Shown piece by piece: positions 29,052 through 39,450 of a stretch of DNA of 64,000 nucleotides (position 1 is the first letter of the stretch; each line of letters begins with the position of its first letter). The DNA is from a virus: positions 27,462 through 91,461 of the IMG/VR virus record IMGVR_UViG_3300042937_000802; one strand, given 5' to 3'. The position numbers and the translations under genes are program-made. The notes below the pieces were generated by a model, which was not told the DNA's origin, did not search any database, and saw only the letters and a list, made by a program, of their open reading frames with translations.

Positions 29052-29054
29052 ATC

Positions 29055-29062
29055 CATAAATA
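29055..29062 (+). promoter_or_regulatory. Late promoter
   Basis: CATAAATA 5 nt before the gp3 ATG. Confidence 0.55.
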
Positions 29063-29067
29063 TTTCT

Positions 29068-29595
29068 ATGGCAACCTGCTCAAGTAATACCAATCCACTT
29101 TACAATAATTACTTTACTCTTAAATTTAATAGAGGTACTAGCCAACTGGAACTTATGTGTCAGAGAGCAAACCTTCCCGGCATTTCTGTTCCAGATCTAG
29201 TTCAACCAACTACTTTAGGTACTACAATTCCAGTTCCAAGTATGGTTGCTGGATTTGAACCTCTGGCAGTGGAATTCATTGTTGATGAAAATATGACAAA
29301 TTGGAATTCCATATACTCATGGATTCGAAATATTACAAATATTGAAAATGATACTGAATATAATATTGATTATCAAACCTGGCATATTACAGGAACCCTG
29401 AGCATTTATACAGGTCCGTTTGGACTTGCTAACAACAGCCCTATAACAATAACTTTTACAAATATTGTTCCAATATATTTGAGTGGATTGAATTTTCAAT
29501 CTGACAATAGTGATGCAATTGTTCAAAAAGCCAATTGCAAATTTAAATATTCGTATTATACAATATCACCCAACCCCCCCGCCATACTTACTTAA
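29068..29595 (+). CDS. 3: Tail tube terminator gp3
   Basis: CQRANLPGIS, FIVDENMTNWNSIYSWI, P..LSGLNF, FKYSYY. Confidence 0.88.
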   Translation: MATCSSNTNPLYNNYFTLKFNRGTSQLELMCQRANLPGISVPDLVQPTTLGTTIPVPSMVAGFEPLAVEFIVDENMTNWNSIYSWIRNITNIENDTEYNIDYQTWHITGTLSIYTGPFGLANNSPITITFTNIVPIYLSGLNFQSDNSDAIVQKANCKFKYSYYTISPNPPAILT

Positions 29596-30263
29596 AGATA
29601 GTCGGTGGGGTTGTCAGACCAGCTCTCAGGGTTCTCTGGGGGCAGATTTGGGTCAAATGGTAATTTGTTTTGCTCAGGCTTGACTTTACGGCGCTTCTTG
29701 CGCTTGGGTTGGGGTGCAGGCTCTTCTGGAGGTGGTTCGTTTATAGGGGATTCTTGGTCTTCGTTTGACAATATATCCTCTTCGTCACCCTCATCTAGTA
29801 AAATTTCAGCTTCTTCAAAGTTATCTATCAGATCATTGACAAAATTTACAAAATCTTCATTTGTGAATAAATCATTTAACATTTGAAGACCAGATTCATG
29901 TGCAAACTTCATATTATCGGGGAGAGATGAAACTACAGTTTTGGGATCTGTCTGCATTGTCATAAAATAGATCTCATACATCTTCTCTAATTCCAGAGTA
30001 GGTGCTCCAATATAAACTATGACATTGCGTGTTAGAGAAATTTCATGACCACGAATATTGGAAAGATAATTTGTTAGTTTGACGTATTCTACTAATTCGC
30101 CTTGTTCATCACGAACAACATAGGCTTCAAGCCGAGCAGGCAGTTTAATTGAAATTCTGTCGGTGTAAGCCTCATTGACCATACCAATTATTTCTTCACC
30201 TGAAGTAAGCTTAACCACTCGCAACACACCGCCAAAAGAATTTTCGGGAAGTGATTCGGACAT
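29592..30263 (-). CDS. Conserved protein downstream of uvsW (Sm-like N-terminus, acidic/Pro-rich tail)
   Basis: VVKLTSGEEII motif; SD GGGAGG. Confidence 0.65.
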   Translation of the reverse strand: MSESLPENSFGGVLRVVKLTSGEEIIGMVNEAYTDRISIKLPARLEAYVVRDEQGELVEYVKLTNYLSNIRGHEISLTRNVIVYIGAPTLELEKMYEIYFMTMQTDPKTVVSSLPDNMKFAHESGLQMLNDLFTNEDFVNFVNDLIDNFEEAEILLDEGDEEDILSNEDQESPINEPPPEEPAPQPKRKKRRKVKPEQNKLPFDPNLPPENPESWSDNPTDYL

Positions 30264-30284
30264 ATGTATGTCCTCCCTTCTCTA

Positions 30285-31793
30285 TTATTTATCTTTTAAG
30301 GTGTCCTTTAAAGACATGGAAAAGATCTTATGGTCAAACTTTTCTTTTTTGTATATCTTAACACGTTCTTCAAAGTGACGGAAGATATGGTTCTTATGTT
30401 TTAACCAACAAAGATCATCCACAATATCAAAAACTTTAAGTGTTTTCTTCTTTGCAGATACTCTAAGACCACGACCAATGCTCTGTAACAATCGAATTAT
30501 AGACTTAGTAGGCGAGGCAAAAATAATATTGTCGATATTAACAATGTTGATACCAGCGCTAGTAGTGCCATAACTCGCAACCAGTATAGCATCTCTTTCC
30601 GTATCAACGACTTTTCTAATATATTCTCTTGTGTCTGCTTCTGTTTTTCCAGAGATGAAATATATTGGTCTACCGCTTTTTGCTGACTCCAAGAGAGCGG
30701 CGAGAGGCTTTCCGTGATCTTCGACGTAATTGAAGAGGACGAGCGTGTTGCCTTTGGTTTTGAGGGCAAGTTCTTTGACAAATTCGTTCCTCTTCTTATT
30801 AGTTATAATCCACTTTAATTCGTCAGGGTATTTTTGCTTCTTGAGCAACTGCTTTTCTTCGTCTGTATACTGCAACAGAATACAGTCGATTCCAATAGTG
30901 GCAAGCAATCCCTTGTTCATTAGGTTTTTTGTTTGGATGAACTGAATAGCGGGACCAAGTATGCCTTCAATACTAAGTCTATGTGCCTGTGCTTGATCCA
31001 GTGTTCCTGTTGTACCAATACGAAACCAAGCCTTGGCAAGCTTCTGACCAATCATGTTGATTGATTCGGCTTTTGCTTGATGACACTCGTCAAAGAAAAT
31101 AGCATCAAATTGATCAAACCATTCTTTTGGCAATTTATATATTGATTGCCAAGTAGAGACTACTATCTGCTTATTAGTATCTTTATCTACCCCTGCTGAT
31201 ATTTTATGAATATATTTTTTGCAAGACCAAGATGAGTCTTGGGAAGAATAATCAAAAAAGTCAGAATCCATTTGATTCACGAGACCAACTGTTGGTACGA
31301 GAATCAAAATTTTTCGATTTGGCGATAAGACGGATTGTAGAAAACGGACCAAGACGTAGATTATCAAACTTTTGCCCGAACCAGTAGGAGAAATCAATAC
31401 GCATCTGTGATGGTTTAAAGCATGCATAATTGCTTGCTGCTGATGCGCATGCATCTGAACGGGCTTTTTCTTTACCGATACCGCTAGGGTATCGTAAAAT
31501 TGAGCAAGCTGTGTTTCCTTTATACATAAAGGATTCCTATTCTCTTTAATATTTAATGAATATTTACGATCTTGAGAAAATTTATCAAGATAAGTTTTTA
31601 ACCCGCGTGGAAGAGTGGATGTAAGGATATCATATAAGCGGATCTTTCCATCCCATATACGCCGTTTGAACATAGGCATATACTGGGCACCGGGTACCAT
31701 GAACGAGAAGTAATCTCGTAATTCTTGCTTGATTCCTTTTTCTGTTTTGATGTAGTAACGAACTTCATCTACAGATTCAACTTCAATATCCAC
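30285..31793 (-). CDS. uvsW: DNA helicase UvsW
   Basis: WDGKIRL, SPTGSGKS, DECH, LQSIGRGLR. Confidence 0.96.
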   Translation of the reverse strand: MDIEVESVDEVRYYIKTEKGIKQELRDYFSFMVPGAQYMPMFKRRIWDGKIRLYDILTSTLPRGLKTYLDKFSQDRKYSLNIKENRNPLCIKETQLAQFYDTLAVSVKKKPVQMHAHQQQAIMHALNHHRCVLISPTGSGKSLIIYVLVRFLQSVLSPNRKILILVPTVGLVNQMDSDFFDYSSQDSSWSCKKYIHKISAGVDKDTNKQIVVSTWQSIYKLPKEWFDQFDAIFFDECHQAKAESINMIGQKLAKAWFRIGTTGTLDQAQAHRLSIEGILGPAIQFIQTKNLMNKGLLATIGIDCILLQYTDEEKQLLKKQKYPDELKWIITNKKRNEFVKELALKTKGNTLVLFNYVEDHGKPLAALLESAKSGRPIYFISGKTEADTREYIRKVVDTERDAILVASYGTTSAGINIVNIDNIIFASPTKSIIRLLQSIGRGLRVSAKKKTLKVFDIVDDLCWLKHKNHIFRHFEERVKIYKKEKFDHKIFSMSLKDTLKDK

Positions 31794-31797
31794 ATAA

Positions 31798-31805
31798 TAT
31801 TTATA
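31798..31805 (-). promoter_or_regulatory. Late promoter for uvsW
   Basis: TATAAATA on - strand, 4 nt before the GTG start. Confidence 0.6.
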
Positions 31806-32238
31806 CTATGCCGTTCATCATTTTTTGCCAGTCAATGGCAGACTTGATGTTGAAGTTTCGGTTATTAATGGCCTTTAGAAACTCCTCAACCATCTTGACT
31901 TTAATTTCATTGACAGCAACTTTAGACTTCAATTCAACAATTTTGGGATCACCCTCAATGAACTTTTCTACATCAGTTTTTAGTAGATCTAAATCAAATG
32001 GTTCTTCTCCCCATGCTTCCAATTCTTCTTTGGATGCTTTGCCAGTCAAAATTTTCCATTTACGCAATCTTTGAATTGCATAATCATTTTGGTGTTTGGT
32101 CAAAAGTAATTTAAAGTCTGTAAGCATATTAAGATATTTGGCGTGTATTTGAGGTATCTTAAGAGCCTCTACACCTAATTCTGTAGAGTCTATTTGGGAA
32201 TCTTTAGTAATATTATTCTTGAGGTCTTCTAGATTCAT
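31801..32238 (-). CDS. uvsY: Recombination mediator UvsY
   Basis: EALKIPQIHAKYL, NNRNFNIKSAIDWQK. Confidence 0.92.
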   Translation of the reverse strand: MNLEDLKNNITKDSQIDSTELGVEALKIPQIHAKYLNMLTDFKLLLTKHQNDYAIQRLRKWKILTGKASKEELEAWGEEPFDLDLLKTDVEKFIEGDPKIVELKSKVAVNEIKVKMVEEFLKAINNRNFNIKSAIDWQKMMNGIV

Positions 32239-32247
32239 TTGGTTTAG

Positions 32248-32312
32248 AGTATAAAGTACCTTAGGAAAAAGTCAACTAAATAACTTGACATCTTTATATG
32301 ATGTATTATATT
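32248..32312. promoter_or_regulatory. Divergent sigma70-like promoters (uvsY / glycan island) plus late-type ACTAAATA
   Basis: - strand: TTGACT-N16-TATACT (32275-32248). + strand: TTGACA-N16-TATATT (32285-32312) and ACTAAATA (32275-32282). Confidence 0.6.
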
Positions 32313-32326
32313 TATTGTGAGGTCTT

Positions 32327-32986
32327 ATGATTATTGATTTACAGGAAATTAAAACACTTTGGATTAATTTAGATCGGGCTACAAAAAACGCAGAAGATAT
32401 AACAAAGCAATGTGAAATTTATGGAATAAAAAACCATGAAAGATTTCCAGCAATAGTTATTGATCCTTCAAATCATTTATGTGTAAGTCATCATCCACAC
32501 ATGAAGCCATATTTGGCTGGTTGTGGGCTTTCTCACATAGAATGCATTAAAAAAAGTATTGGCAGTGGTCCAACACTGGTTTTGGAAGATGATGCTCAGA
32601 TTACACCGGCATATGAGAATATTATAGAAGTTCCAGATAATATTGATGCACTTTATCTGGGTGTTTCTACCGGTTCTCAACAATATTTGAGTTGTGCATA
32701 CAATGAAAAATATTTAAGAATAGGCAGAATGTTAGCAGCACATGCGGTTGTTTATATATCTGAACGGTATAAACAAGCAGCATTAGCAGAAGCAGAAAGA
32801 TTTGTACACGAATTGCATTATCCGTGGGACATATCACCTTCAGTAATCCAAGAACACTTTTTAGTATTGACTCCAAAATTGCCATTTTACATTCAATCAG
32901 ACAATAGACAATCTGAACACAAATGGCAATTTTTTACAGATAAAGCAATAGAAGACAAAGGTTATAACTTTAATGATAACTTTTAA
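32327..32986 (+). CDS. Glycosyltransferase, GT25-like
   Basis: WINLDRA, GCGLSH, LVLEDDA, LYLG, AHAVVY. Confidence 0.75.
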   Translation: MIIDLQEIKTLWINLDRATKNAEDITKQCEIYGIKNHERFPAIVIDPSNHLCVSHHPHMKPYLAGCGLSHIECIKKSIGSGPTLVLEDDAQITPAYENIIEVPDNIDALYLGVSTGSQQYLSCAYNEKYLRIGRMLAAHAVVYISERYKQAALAEAERFVHELHYPWDISPSVIQEHFLVLTPKLPFYIQSDNRQSEHKWQFFTDKAIEDKGYNFNDNF

Positions 32987-33761
32987 AAATTTAGGAGCAT
33001 ATGGTAGAATGGGAAACCAGATGTTCCAGTATGCACTTTTATATTCAATTGCCAAGACAAGAGAATACGAATTTGGTATACCTTATAATTTAAAATCAAA
33101 TAATCCATATTTTAATATGTGTCTCTCAGATTCTTTTGATAATTTATCAGCAAAAAACAGCGATGATGCTCATATCATATATCAAGCAAAAGAAAAAGTT
33201 TGGGGATATAATCCAGGAATTTTTGGTATATCCGACAATACAGATATACTTGGTTATTTTCAAAGTGAAAAATATTTTATAGATTATAAAACACAATTAT
33301 TAAAAGAATTTGAATTTAAAAAAGACATTCAAAGAAAAGCACTTGATATTCGAAGCATTACAAAAGAACCAATAATATCTGTTCACCTGAGACTAGGTGA
33401 TTACAAAAATTTAGTTGGTAAACATCCTATTTGTACTATAGAGTATTATAAAGAAGCTCTCAGTAAATTACCAGAAGATTTATTGATTGTAGCTTTTAGT
33501 GATGAACCAGATTTAGCAAAAGATTTATTTGATTCTTTAAGGAGAAAATATTTTATTACAGAGTCTAATGATCAAAATGTTGATATGTGTGCCATGACTT
33601 TATGTGATTATCACGTTATAGCAAACAGTAGTTTTAGTTGGTGGGGCGCATGGCTTGGAGAAAGTAAAAAAGTTATAGCTCCGAGTCAGTGGTTTGGTGA
33701 ATCTCATGATATGCCAAAAAATTGGTCAGATATTTATTGCAAAGATTGGATTATTATATAA
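32973..33761 (+). CDS. Alpha-1,2-fucosyltransferase-like, GT11
   Basis: GRMGNQMFQYA, GYFQSEKYF, VHLRLGDY, IANSSFSWWGAWL. Confidence 0.92.
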   Translation: MITFKNLGAYGRMGNQMFQYALLYSIAKTREYEFGIPYNLKSNNPYFNMCLSDSFDNLSAKNSDDAHIIYQAKEKVWGYNPGIFGISDNTDILGYFQSEKYFIDYKTQLLKEFEFKKDIQRKALDIRSITKEPIISVHLRLGDYKNLVGKHPICTIEYYKEALSKLPEDLLIVAFSDEPDLAKDLFDSLRRKYFITESNDQNVDMCAMTLCDYHVIANSSFSWWGAWLGESKKVIAPSQWFGESHDMPKNWSDIYCKDWIII

Positions 33762-34366
33762 TGCTATTTGATATTACTCAATATATAAAAAAAGAAATTA
33801 ATGGAATTATTCAAATCGGAGCCCATCACGGCAACGAATATGAAACATTAAAAAAATTATCTGAAAATATTTTAATGTTTGAGCCACAAAAAAAAGTTTA
33901 TGAAAAACTTTTTAATAAATTGGGATCATTCTCAAATGTTATTATAGAAAATAAAGCTCTGGGATCTTCTAGTGGAACTATGAATATGTACACGGAACAG
34001 GCAAATGAAGGGCAATCCAGTTCTTTACTTTCCCCACAATTGCATTGTGTACAATATCCTGGAATAAAATTTAATGGAACGGAAGAAGTAGAAGTTATTA
34101 CATTAAATGAATATTTTAGTAATAAAACATTTAATTATAATTTAATTACGCTAGATGTACAGGGATATGAGTTAGAAGTATTAAAAGGATCTACTAATAT
34201 TTTATTAAATGTTGATTATATTTTGTGTGAAGTAAATCGAGCTGAATTATATAAAAATTGTCCTATGGTTGAAGAAATAGATACTTTTTTAGCCTCATAC
34301 GGATTTAAAAGAGAAGTAACATCTTGGGATGGATATACTTGGGGTGATGCTCTTTATGTTAAATGA
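33761..34366 (+). CDS. FkbM-family methyltransferase
   Basis: IQIGAHHG, FEP, LDVQGYELEVLKG, WGDALY. Confidence 0.9.
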   Translation: MLFDITQYIKKEINGIIQIGAHHGNEYETLKKLSENILMFEPQKKVYEKLFNKLGSFSNVIIENKALGSSSGTMNMYTEQANEGQSSSLLSPQLHCVQYPGIKFNGTEEVEVITLNEYFSNKTFNYNLITLDVQGYELEVLKGSTNILLNVDYILCEVNRAELYKNCPMVEEIDTFLASYGFKREVTSWDGYTWGDALYVK

Positions 34367-35171
34367 AATATCGGGGTTTGGAAGCCCATTTTCGCATGAT
34401 GTAACTTCATGTCATAATGTATTGCCTAAAAATTTTAAATGGGTTTTTAATAAACCATCAAATATAGAAATCTATATGGATTATAATATTTTAGGTGGAT
34501 ACAATAGCAAAAGCAAAAATAAATTTTTATGGTTATCAGAATCTAAAGAAATAGTCAGTGATCAATTTAATTATATAAAAGATAATTATACAGAATTAAA
34601 AAAAATATATAAAAAAATATTTACTAATATAGCAGATTTAATCGTTTTAGACGAATGCTTTGAGTATTGCCCTCCTGCATCAAATAAAAGTTGGATTGTA
34701 GATGGTAAAATTTATAATAAAAGTAAAATTGCTTCAATGATTTGTTCGGGAGTAAATGAAACATCTGGACACAAATACAGAAACAATTTAATGAATTTTT
34801 ATAAAGAAAAAAATGTTCCAATAGATTTTTATGGAAGATCTCATAATCCTTTCAATAAAAAAGAAGAAGCCCTTGCAGATTATTGTTTTTCTTTTGTAGT
34901 AGAAAATGGTCAATATAGTGATTACTACACAGAAAAAATTATGGATTGTTTTGCAACAGGAACTATACCAATATATTATGGATCACCAGAAATATATAAA
35001 AATTTTAATATGAATGGAATATTATTATTAGACAATTCATTTAATTATGATATATTATCTTTTGAATTATACCAATCAAAACTGGATGCAATACATGATA
35101 ATTTTATTAAAGAAAAAAATCATAAAATCGCTGATGATGTTTTGTTTGAAAAACTACAAAAATACATATGA
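34356..35171 (+). CDS. Glycosyltransferase, GT10-like
   Basis: YCFSFVVEN...DYYTEKIMDCFATGTIPIYYG. Confidence 0.85.
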   Translation: MLNEISGFGSPFSHDVTSCHNVLPKNFKWVFNKPSNIEIYMDYNILGGYNSKSKNKFLWLSESKEIVSDQFNYIKDNYTELKKIYKKIFTNIADLIVLDECFEYCPPASNKSWIVDGKIYNKSKIASMICSGVNETSGHKYRNNLMNFYKEKNVPIDFYGRSHNPFNKKEEALADYCFSFVVENGQYSDYYTEKIMDCFATGTIPIYYGSPEIYKNFNMNGILLLDNSFNYDILSFELYQSKLDAIHDNFIKEKNHKIADDVLFEKLQKYI

Positions 35172-36118
35172 ATCCCATTATACATAACGCAGATTATTTA
35201 TTTAATCCAGATTTAATTAATTTTGATATTCCAGTAGAAATACATGTAACGCGATTTTTATTAAATGATTATCCGCAGTGTATAATAAAACATTATAATA
35301 AAATTGAAACTGAAAATATTTTTAATGAAAAAACAAATTATACATTTAATTCAACCAATTATAGAGTATTTGTGGATTCAAATGAGCCTGCAGTATGTTA
35401 TATGAAAGAAACAGAAGAAGATATAATAAAATTTTCAAGTTTTTATGATTTATTATTAACTTCAAATAAAAATATTTTAGAAAAAGTACCACATTCCAAA
35501 TTATTTGTATATGGTACTACTTGGTTAAATAAACAAAATAAAGATAAAACATATTTGGGAGAAGTAGATTTAAATTTTCAAGGATTTGATCTTAATAAAA
35601 CAAATAGTATTAGTTTTTTAAAAACAAATAAATCACCACAAGCAATAAATAATGTTCCTGGATATGCTTTAAGAGAAAAAATTTGGCCATTAAAAAATAA
35701 TATTAACCATAATTCTTTATTTTATTATAGTAATGTTTATAATAATATTACAGGAATAAATAATGATGGCCCGCTTCCAAAAGACGATAAATTAAATATT
35801 TTTAATTCTAAATTTTCTATAATAATAGAAAATTCTGAAGAAACAAATTATTTTAGTGAAAAAATCATTGATTGTTTATTAACAAAAACAATACCAATTT
35901 ATTGGGGATGCCCCAATATAAATCACTATTTTGATACTAATGGATTTATAATTTTTGAAAATGAAAATGATTTTTTAAATAAAGTTAATTCAATTAATCT
36001 GCAATCATTTTATGAAAATAAAAAAGAATACGTAGAACACAATTTCAATGAAGCAAAAAAATATGCTTTAAATTATTCTAAAAGATTAGAAAATACAATA
36101 AATAATTTTATAAAATAA
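35168..36118 (+). CDS. Glycosyltransferase, GT10-like (second copy)
   Basis: KFSIIIENSEETNYFSEKIIDCLLTKTIPIYWGCPNI. Confidence 0.85.
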   Translation: MNPIIHNADYLFNPDLINFDIPVEIHVTRFLLNDYPQCIIKHYNKIETENIFNEKTNYTFNSTNYRVFVDSNEPAVCYMKETEEDIIKFSSFYDLLLTSNKNILEKVPHSKLFVYGTTWLNKQNKDKTYLGEVDLNFQGFDLNKTNSISFLKTNKSPQAINNVPGYALREKIWPLKNNINHNSLFYYSNVYNNITGINNDGPLPKDDKLNIFNSKFSIIIENSEETNYFSEKIIDCLLTKTIPIYWGCPNINHYFDTNGFIIFENENDFLNKVNSINLQSFYENKKEYVEHNFNEAKKYALNYSKRLENTINNFIK

Positions 36119-36121
36119 TAA

Positions 36122-36149
36122 TTGCATATTACAAATTATAGTATATATT
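36122..36149 (+). promoter_or_regulatory. Sigma70-like promoter for rfbH
   Basis: TTGCAT-N16-TATATT in a 41-nt intergenic gap (very AT-rich, so weak evidence). Confidence 0.4.
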
Positions 36150-36159
36150 AATAATAATT

Positions 36160-37464
36160 ATGGACCATATTTTAAAAGAAATAGAAAAATATATAAATGA
36201 AAAACCAAAAAAGGTTTGGATTCCAGGGCATGATTGGGTGCAATATGCAGGTCCATATTTTGATTCTGAAGAATATGTAGGAGCAGTCGAAGCACTATTA
36301 AATGGTTGGCTAGTATTAGGGCAGCTTGGTATTAAGTTTGAAAACATATTTCCAAAACTTTTAAATAAAAATTTTGGTATTCTAACAAATAGTGGAAGCA
36401 GTTCAAATTTATTAATGATGTCAGCACTGACATCAAAAAGATTATATAATCTTCCAAAGGGAACTAAGGTAATAACACCAATCGCCGGCTTCCCTACTAC
36501 AATAAATCCAATATTTCAAGTAGGATTTGAACCAGTTTTTGTTGATATTGATTTAGAAACCTTAAATTTAAATCTAGAAGAAGTAGAACAAAAAGCAAAA
36601 GAAGGTTGTAAAGTTATAACTTTTGCACATGTTTTGGGAAATCCTCCAAACATGGATAAACTGATGAATATTGTTAAAGAGTATGACTTAATACTTTTAG
36701 AAGATTGTTGCGATGCTTTGGGTTCTCTTTATAAAGAAAAACCATTGGGATCATTTGGTGAAATGTCCAGTTGTTCTTTTTATCCCGCTCACCACATAAC
36801 AATGGGAGAAGGTGGATTTATAGCTTGCAATACGCAAGAACAAGAAACAGTTATAAGAAGTTTTCGAGAATGGGGTAGAGGATGTTTTTGTGTTGGACAA
36901 AAAGCCAATTTATTAAAAAATGGGTGTTGTGGAAAAAGATTTTCTAATTGGTTGCCTTCTTTGCCAGATGAAGTCTTTGATCACAAATATGTTTATGATG
37001 AAATTGGTTATAATTTAAAACCAATAGAACTGCAAGCAGCCATGGGATTGGCTCAAATAAAAAAACTTCCACGAATACATCAATTGAGAAAAAATAATCA
37101 TAAACGTTTATATGATATTTTTTCAAAATATGAAGACTATTTTATTTTACCTAAAGCAACAGAACACTCCGATCCTAGTTGGTTTGCATTTGCAGTAACT
37201 ATTAAAGATAATAATAAATTTAAAAGAAAAGATATTATTGATTATTTTGAAGATCATAAAATTCAAACTAGACCATATTTTGCTGGAAATATTATGTTAC
37301 AACCAGCATATAGTGGTATGTTAAATAATGATGATATAATTAAAAATTATCCTAATGCAAGAAAAGTAACAACGGATACATTTTTTCTAGGAACTAGTCC
37401 GGTAATTACAGAAGAACAATTAAATTATATTGAAAAAATTATTACTAAATTTTTTAAAAAATAA
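36160..37464 (+). CDS. rfbH: NDP-4-keto-6-deoxyglucose 3-dehydrase (RfbH/DdhC/E1 family)
   Basis: NSGSSSNL, EDCCDALGS, SFYPAHHITMGEGG (His in place of the PLP Lys), WGRGCFC...C Fe-S motif, DHKYVY. Confidence 0.92.
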   Translation: MDHILKEIEKYINEKPKKVWIPGHDWVQYAGPYFDSEEYVGAVEALLNGWLVLGQLGIKFENIFPKLLNKNFGILTNSGSSSNLLMMSALTSKRLYNLPKGTKVITPIAGFPTTINPIFQVGFEPVFVDIDLETLNLNLEEVEQKAKEGCKVITFAHVLGNPPNMDKLMNIVKEYDLILLEDCCDALGSLYKEKPLGSFGEMSSCSFYPAHHITMGEGGFIACNTQEQETVIRSFREWGRGCFCVGQKANLLKNGCCGKRFSNWLPSLPDEVFDHKYVYDEIGYNLKPIELQAAMGLAQIKKLPRIHQLRKNNHKRLYDIFSKYEDYFILPKATEHSDPSWFAFAVTIKDNNKFKRKDIIDYFEDHKIQTRPYFAGNIMLQPAYSGMLNNDDIIKNYPNARKVTTDTFFLGTSPVITEEQLNYIEKIITKFFKK

Positions 37465-37474
37465 GGAATATGCT

Positions 37475-38188
37475 GTGAATAATAAAAGAGTGTTAATGAT
37501 AACGGGAACAACTGATCTTGGTAAAGGTTTACTTCCTGGTTGGCCATTAGCTGAAGATAATTATATGGAAGAAGTGTTTAATTTAACACTACCTTCCAAA
37601 CAAAGATATTGCAAAAAATATGGATATGATCTTTTATCACTTCGTTCATTTGGAATTGATAAAAAAAATAGGTATAAACCAGAAGATATTGCAGCATTAA
37701 GAGTTGTGCGTCCTTTAGAAATGTTAGAATACTATGATATTGTTATGTGGATAGATGCAGATTCTATTATAACAAATGATAATATTAATATTAATGATTT
37801 CCCATTAGATGATGATCATTGTTTTTATGCTTCATGGGACTGGAATGGTCAAGTTTCAATGAGTACTGGTAATTTTATATTAACAAATAATCAACATACT
37901 TCATATTTTGAAAATACATTTCATAAAATTAGACATAATTTTAATAGTGAACAAGAAGGAATAAATGTTATGTATAATTATGATTTAAATTCAAAAAATA
38001 TAATTAAAATTTTAGATCATAATTTTTTAGGTTCTGTATCTTCTAAAGAAATATGTAAAGAGGCTTGGTTAGATAGACCAGCTCCAACGCATCCATGGAC
38101 AAAGGATTCATTCTTATTACATCTTACAGGGTTATCAAATAAAAAAAGAATTGAAATGTTACATGAATATTATAGAGAATATTTATAA
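37475..38188 (+). CDS. Glycosyltransferase, GT34/GT-A-like
   Basis: KQRYCKKYGYD, WIDADSII, EQEGIN, FLLHLTG; GTG start after AAGGA. Confidence 0.7.
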   Translation: MNNKRVLMITGTTDLGKGLLPGWPLAEDNYMEEVFNLTLPSKQRYCKKYGYDLLSLRSFGIDKKNRYKPEDIAALRVVRPLEMLEYYDIVMWIDADSIITNDNININDFPLDDDHCFYASWDWNGQVSMSTGNFILTNNQHTSYFENTFHKIRHNFNSEQEGINVMYNYDLNSKNIIKILDHNFLGSVSSKEICKEAWLDRPAPTHPWTKDSFLLHLTGLSNKKRIEMLHEYYREYL

Positions 38189-38209
38189 ATAAAAAAAGAA
38201 TATTAAATA

Positions 38210-39157
38210 ATGAAAATTGTATATATAACAGGTTGTTTAGGTTTTATAGGATCTTATGTTACTCGCTTATGTCTTAAAAAAGGATGGTATGTTAAAGGTA
38301 TAGATAAAATGACATATGCTGCCAATAAAGAATTATTGGAAGAATTTAAAAAATATAATAATTTTTCATTTGTTCAATGTGATATAAATGATTTAAAGTT
38401 TTTGTATGACTGTGATTACATTATAAACACAGCAGCAGAAACACATGTTGGAAATTCTATTGCAAATAGTGATGATTTTATTACTAGTAATATAAACGGT
38501 GTTCATAACATTTTGGAATTAATAAAAAACTATAGGCAAGAGAACACTAAAATTCCTACCCTACTACACTTTAGCACAGATGAAGTGTATGGTGATATTG
38601 TAGAAGGCGCGCACACTGAATTTGATTTACTAAAACCATCCAATCCATATTCTGCTTCAAAAGCAGCAGCAGATATGTTAGTATTGGCTTGGGCTAGAAC
38701 TTATAAGATACCATATGTTATTATTCGTCCTACTAATAATTATGGTATAGGTCAATATGTTGAAAAACTAATACCAAAGGCATGTAAGTATTTAAAGTTA
38801 GGAAGAAAGATACCACTTCACAATAATGGAACACCAATACGAAATTGGCTACATGCTGAAGACACAGCAAATGCTGTCATTCAATTAATAGAGAATGGTG
38901 TCACAAATGAGATCTATAATATATGTGGTGGATATGAACAAAGTAATTTACAGACAGTCAGCAAACTATTAACAGCATATGGTGTAATCGAAAACCAAGA
39001 AGAATATATTGATTTTTCTTGCAATAGACCTGGTCAAGATGTAAGATATGCTTTAGACGATTCGAAGTTAAGGTCTATTGGTTGGGAACCAAAAAAGATA
39101 TTTGATGAAGAACTTAAATCTACAGTACACTACTACAAGAATAAATTTATATGGTAA
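38210..39157 (+). CDS. rmlB: dTDP-glucose 4,6-dehydratase
   Basis: TGCLGFIG, DKMTYA, AAETHV, STDEVYG, YSASKAAAD, RPGQDVRY. Confidence 0.88.
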   Translation: MKIVYITGCLGFIGSYVTRLCLKKGWYVKGIDKMTYAANKELLEEFKKYNNFSFVQCDINDLKFLYDCDYIINTAAETHVGNSIANSDDFITSNINGVHNILELIKNYRQENTKIPTLLHFSTDEVYGDIVEGAHTEFDLLKPSNPYSASKAAADMLVLAWARTYKIPYVIIRPTNNYGIGQYVEKLIPKACKYLKLGRKIPLHNNGTPIRNWLHAEDTANAVIQLIENGVTNEIYNICGGYEQSNLQTVSKLLTAYGVIENQEEYIDFSCNRPGQDVRYALDDSKLRSIGWEPKKIFDEELKSTVHYYKNKFIW

Positions 39158-39450
39158 TTTATATTGATATAGACGATACAATCTGTAATAGTCCTAATAA
39201 ACCAGACTATACGGTTTGCTATCCTATTTTAGAAAATATAATTAAAGCCAATAAATTATATGATGATGGACATTTAATAGTTTATTGGACTGCCAGAGGA
39301 ACTGCAACTGGTATTGATTGGTCTGATATTACTAAAAAACAACTAAAAGAATGGGGAGTTAAATATCATGATTTAAAATTTGGTAAACCAAATTATGATC
39401 TCTTCATTGATGATAAAAATATGAATACCAAAGATTGGAATCTTATATGA
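39151..39450 (+). CDS. Small HAD-superfamily phosphatase (capsule-biosynthesis type)
   Basis: YIDIDDTIC, WTARG, GKP, FIDDK. Confidence 0.85.
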   Translation: MVIYIDIDDTICNSPNKPDYTVCYPILENIIKANKLYDDGHLIVYWTARGTATGIDWSDITKKQLKEWGVKYHDLKFGKPNYDLFIDDKNMNTKDWNLI

